This document shows positions 29,527 to 32,955 of a stretch of DNA of 32,955 nt, piece by piece. Source of the DNA: a bacterium (GTDB lineage: Bacteria > Patescibacteriota > CPR2 > UBA1875 > JAJYID01); assembly GCA_021791015.1 (NCBI GenBank), contig JAJYFH010000001.1, positions 1 through 32,955 of the forward strand. The letters are read 5' to 3'. Below the pieces are notes generated by a model, which ran no database searches, was not told the origin of the DNA, and saw only the letters and a program-made list of their open reading frames with translations. How positions within the stretch are numbered: position 1 is the stretch's first letter; the number at the start of each line of letters is the position of its first letter. The translations under genes were made by a program, and so were the position numbers.

Positions 29527-30281
29527 CAAAAGACCTCCTCGGTAAGATCCACTACATCCTCTTGCTTTACCTCCATGGGTTTCTCTCTCTGCATGATCCT
29601 TTTTATTTTTCCATCTTCCATATAAACTAGCTTAGTAGCATATCGCTCATATGCCGGATTATGTGTTACCATCACAATTGTCCTTTTCGATTCAGAGTTT
29701 AAAACTTTGAGATCATACATCAAATCTTCTGCCGTTACTGTATCTAGATTGCCGGTCGGCTCATCGGCCATGATAATCCAAGGGTTTGAAACCAGAGCGC
29801 GGCACATAGAAAGCTTTTGCTGCTGGCCGCCGGAAAGTTCCATTGGGTAATATTTGGCATAATTGTCAAACTTGAAAAGATACAAAATATTTCTGGCCCT
29901 TTTCATTGCCTCACCATGGCTTACACCTGCAATATTTAACGGGAAGGCAACGTTCTCTATGACATTCAAGGAGCGAACCCAGTTTGGCTGCTGATAGACA
30001 ACACCGAACTTTTGCCTCCTGAAAGTCGCCCTGCCGTCCTCATCCATTGTGTAGATATCCTTGCCACGCACTAAAACCTGACCTTCAGTAGGCTGCTCAA
30101 GCCCAAGGATCGTGTTCAATAGAGTGCTTTTGCCGCAACCCGAGGGACCAAGAATCACCACAAACTCACCGAAGCCCACTTTCAGATTTAATTCCTTTAG
30201 CACGGGAATTGCTTCTTTGCCAACCAGAAAACTCTTTTTGAGATTTTTTACCTCCAGTGTCGGTGTATTTAATTTTGCCAT
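29526..30281 (-). CDS. MacB/LolD-type ABC transporter ATP-binding protein
   Basis: Walker A GPSGCGKSTLLN, signature LSGGQQQK, Walker B IIMADEPTGNLD, H-loop MVTHNP. Paralog of the N-terminal half of 23124-25127. Confidence 0.9.
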   Translation of the reverse strand: MAKLNTPTLEVKNLKKSFLVGKEAIPVLKELNLKVGFGEFVVILGPSGCGKSTLLNTILGLEQPTEGQVLVRGKDIYTMDEDGRATFRRQKFGVVYQQPNWVRSLNVIENVAFPLNIAGVSHGEAMKRARNILYLFKFDNYAKYYPMELSGGQQQKLSMCRALVSNPWIIMADEPTGNLDTVTAEDLMYDLKVLNSESKRTIVMVTHNPAYERYATKLVYMEDGKIKRIMQREKPMEVKQEDVVDLTEEVF

Positions 30282-30383
30282 TATCTTACCCTCGCTTCTA
30301 TTTGATTTGAAATCTATCTTAACATTTATTGTATGGAAATTGACTAGAAATTTGGAATCAGGTTAGAAATTTTATATACTTGT

Positions 30384-32955
30384 CTAGCCTCCAAAAAGCC
30401 AACCCAAAGTTGATTCAAACGACTTCAGAACAAGATCGAAAATTGATGACTGAGCCTGCTCGGTTAAAGCAGAATTTTCATCAGATTTAGCTTCATTTTT
30501 GGAAGCATCCTTGGAGACAACTCTGAAATAATATGAACTTGACGGATCAAGATCAGAGATGACCACCACATGAGAAGTGGCAAGTGAATCATCCTCTTTG
30601 GTTGACATACCGTAAGTGTCACCGGATACTCCTTTGGCATACTCAACCTGGGAAGTAGCCGGTTCGTCAGTATTCCAAGAAACAATGATTTGGGACTTAG
30701 CTTCGGTCCCGAAACCACTGATAGAGGTTTCGGTGGTAATGCCGGAGATAACAGGAGGGGTGGTATCAAATGCAGTTTTGTATGCCTGGCTGTTAGGTAC
30801 CGCTTCATTGCCGTAAGCATCTCTGCCGGTAACAGAAATTGTATAGTTGGAGTTATCGGCCAGATGGGGCGTGATAATCTCATGCTGCAAGACTAAATCT
30901 GCCTTTGAAACCTCCTGAGAACCGCCCGGACCATTGTAAACAACCGTGGAAGTTGTGGGAACATTGGAATCCCAAGTTACTTTCAGCCCGGCATTGTTAC
31001 CACTTAGCTCCTCGTACTTAATGTTTGAAATCTTCGGAAAAGTTAAGGTGTCAAAGCTATAATCATCCGATTGCATAACATTGCCGTCTGTGTCGGTGCC
31101 GTAGATTTTGAAATGATAGGTTGAGGAATCCTGAAGATTTGGAATTCTAACTGTATGAGTGGTCACAGCCGAACCGGAAGAATCAGTAAGTTCGCTGCCA
31201 TAGGAGCTGGTCTTGCCATATTTGATAGTTGAAATCGACGAGGAAGTAGTTTTCCAGCTGACAATAGCACTCGAAAGGGTGATATCTGAAATTTTTACAT
31301 CACTAATTCCCGGGGCCGGCTGAGTTGAGAAAGTTTGGTCGCCCGAATACGCTAAGCTATCGTCATAATCCTTGAGGTCGGAAGGATCAAGAGATTGGAC
31401 ACGATAATGATAGACTGTACCAGGATCCAAACCATAGAGAGTGACAGAATGCGAGGTAGCAGTTTGAAGCGAACTGTTTTGGAGACCGTAGCTTGAATCT
31501 TTGCCGTATTCTACCATAGAATAAGAGCTTCTATCTGTTGACCATGTAATAGTCGCTGATGTAGCCGTGGCTGTGGCGCCCGGACCGCTAACCATGGTAG
31601 GCGGAGTAATATATTTACCGGTCGGCGTCAGAGAGGCCACGCTTGAAAGAGGCGATTCAGCTCCGGCATTGTCAACGGCAGAAACTCTGTAATAGTAAGT
31701 GGTGCCTTTGGTGAGGTCTGCCTCCGCATAAGCCGGCGTTGATGCCGTACCGACCGGAGCCAGAGCCTGCCACTGGGCATCAGTCAGGTTGGATGCAGTT
31801 GTTTCTCGAATGATGTAATGGCCGAAAGTATTTGCGTCATAGTTATCCGGTGCCTTCCAAGCCAGAGCCAAGCCAAACTCGGGCTTTCGAAGGTCAGAAA
31901 CATCCGAGATGGTTACGGTCTGAGGGGCATGTGGAGCGGTGGCTGTGGTATTTACTTCAAATTGAATCAAACTGTAGTTAGAATAGTTCACCCTAGCCGG
32001 ATTGGAACTATCATAAGCTACCACATAGAAAGTATTGACCCCCTGCTTGGTGGCGGCATGGATAACCCCGGTAGTATTGCCGGTCGGCTGGCTACCGGTG
32101 ACCTGGGTGACTGAACCGGGAAGAGGAAGGGTATTTACGGAGTAGTAGTATCCGGCAATGGGAGAGTTGGTTACGCCGTTCACAGGCGGAGCATCCCAGG
32201 TGAAAGTAAAGTTGTTTTCCGTCTTTGACTGGGCATCCACCTGAAGATTAGGCGGAGCGCCGGGAGCGTTGGTGGTGTAGTAGTAGTTAATTGTTTTGGG
32301 AGCGGAGACATTGCCCGCTTTATCCACCGCTTCGACGCTGAAGGTATTTTGGCCTTCCTGACCCACGATGCCGGTTGCCGGAGAAGACGCGATTGTCGTC
32401 CATGTGTCACCGGCGTATTTTTGGTAAATGTAGTGGTCGATACCGGAGTCGGCGTCGGTTGCCCCCGACCAGTTGACGGTAACCGGATTGGCTGAGTACT
32501 CCAGGGTATTTACGCTGATGGATAAGGGGGCGGTGGGAGCAACGTTGTCATATTTGTAAGTTAGAAGGGTAACAGGCGCCGCCACGTTGCCGGCATTATC
32601 CACCGCAGAGATGCGCAGATAATATGTCTGGCCATCTGTGAGTCCTGAGGCTACGAGATAATTGTTGGTGGTAGCATCGGAAGATGTCGGGGTATAGTTC
32701 GGGTCCGTGGTTAGCTTGGCGTAATATTCCCAGACACCGGAAGCGTCGGGGTTGCCGGTATCGGCCGGTGCGGTCCAGGCAAACTTCGGCGCCGCGTAGT
32801 TATGCCAGAGCTGGGTGGGATCATATGCCCAGGTAGCGCTGGGAGTGGAAGTATAGATTTGGCCGCCGGAAACTGCTGCCGCCAGTTTGGTGCCGTCGGC
32901 GGAAGAGGCGATTGCATACCAACTTTGACTTGTAGCTCTAGGTGTCCAGGTGACG
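30384..32955 (-). CDS. giant cell-surface protein, paralog of 25124-28258, N-terminus outside window
   Basis: I checked codon by codon that the frame stays open from the track's GTG at 32603 to the window edge. The upstream part reads ...WYAIASSADGTKLAAAVSGGQIYTS.... Contains Fn3 repeats with AVDNAGN/AVDKAGN motifs, the same ITWSTDR...YHYRVQSLD units, and the tail FDLVLKSFESTLGWLFGG. Confidence 0.85.
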   Translation of the reverse strand, partial: VTWTPRATSQSWYAIASSADGTKLAAAVSGGQIYTSTPSATWAYDPTQLWHNYAAPKFAWTAPADTGNPDASGVWEYYAKLTTDPNYTPTSSDATTNNYLVASGLTDGQTYYLRISAVDNAGNVAAPVTLLTYKYDNVAPTAPLSISVNTLEYSANPVTVNWSGATDADSGIDHYIYQKYAGDTWTTIASSPATGIVGQEGQNTFSVEAVDKAGNVSAPKTINYYYTTNAPGAPPNLQVDAQSKTENNFTFTWDAPPVNGVTNSPIAGYYYSVNTLPLPGSVTQVTGSQPTGNTTGVIHAATKQGVNTFYVVAYDSSNPARVNYSNYSLIQFEVNTTATAPHAPQTVTISDVSDLRKPEFGLALAWKAPDNYDANTFGHYIIRETTASNLTDAQWQALAPVGTASTPAYAEADLTKGTTYYYRVSAVDNAGAESPLSSVASLTPTGKYITPPTMVSGPGATATATSATITWSTDRSSYSMVEYGKDSSYGLQNSSLQTATSHSVTLYGLDPGTVYHYRVQSLDPSDLKDYDDSLAYSGDQTFSTQPAPGISDVKISDITLSSAIVSWKTTSSSISTIKYGKTSSYGSELTDSSGSAVTTHTVRIPNLQDSSTYHFKIYGTDTDGNVMQSDDYSFDTLTFPKISNIKYEELSGNNAGLKVTWDSNVPTTSTVVYNGPGGSQEVSKADLVLQHEIITPHLADNSNYTISVTGRDAYGNEAVPNSQAYKTAFDTTPPVISGITTETSISGFGTEAKSQIIVSWNTDEPATSQVEYAKGVSGDTYGMSTKEDDSLATSHVVVISDLDPSSSYYFRVVSKDASKNEAKSDENSALTEQAQSSIFDLVLKSFESTLGWLFGG

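Noticed and set aside
30464-32917. Alternative-frame ORFs in the second giant gene (30464-30883, 30616-30816, 30690-30896, 31818-32114, 32180-32410, 32711-32917), and the GTG start at 32603
   Set aside because: They are Pro/Arg/Leu-rich shadow frames. The main frame contains no stop between 32603 and the window end, so the gene is 5'-truncated by the window rather than starting at 32603.
1-32955. Alternative genetic code (for example UGA recoding as in some candidate phyla)
   Set aside because: Long conserved genes terminate cleanly at TGA (for example 25124 and 22873), TAA and TAG. I found no in-frame TGA interruptions in conserved domains, so the standard bacterial code fits.

Overview
This 32.9-kb window is moderately AT-rich bacterial DNA read with the standard code (TGA, TAA and TAG all act as stops). 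It contains no rRNA and no CRISPR array. The gene content includes DUF5667- and DUF5659-type ORFs, giant Fn3/beta-propeller surface proteins, many GTCATTC hairpin repeats and a small streamlined gene set. This resembles Patescibacteria/CPR metagenome contigs, but that placement is inference only.

Layout:
1. 1-11.3 kb holds housekeeping and transport genes: a PAP2 protein, an AbrB-regulated ABC-2 exporter, a ZIP metal transporter, maf, an EXLDI protein, two methyltransferases, an Ltp-like protein beside a frameshifted XRE gene, a second ABC-2 exporter with two permeases, and a secreted DUF5667 protein.
2. 11.3-18.1 kb is a low-GC integrative element. It is bounded by 39-bp direct repeats and carries a large serine recombinase, small phage/plasmid-like ORFans, and two adjacent HEPN (RNxxxHG) proteins. 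The HEPN pair is the best candidate here for an undescribed defence or abortive-infection module.
3. 18.1-19.7 kb holds a low-GC ORFan and a tRNA-His/Arg/Gly cluster interrupted by a free-standing HNH endonuclease.
4. 19.8-23.1 kb holds cca, DUF763 (with a hairpin repeat inserted in frame), DUF1003 and DUF1653.
5. 23.1-32.9 kb is a tandemly duplicated module of a giant surface protein plus a MacB/FtsX-type ABC transporter. The transporter is split in one copy and fused in the other, and both giant proteins share a conserved C-terminal tail.

Two recurring sequence-level themes stand out. A GTCATTC-hairpin (MITE-like) repeat family is scattered through intergenic regions. Many genes have a -10 box sitting 5-7 nt from the ATG with no Shine-Dalgarno sequence, which looks like a leaderless configuration.
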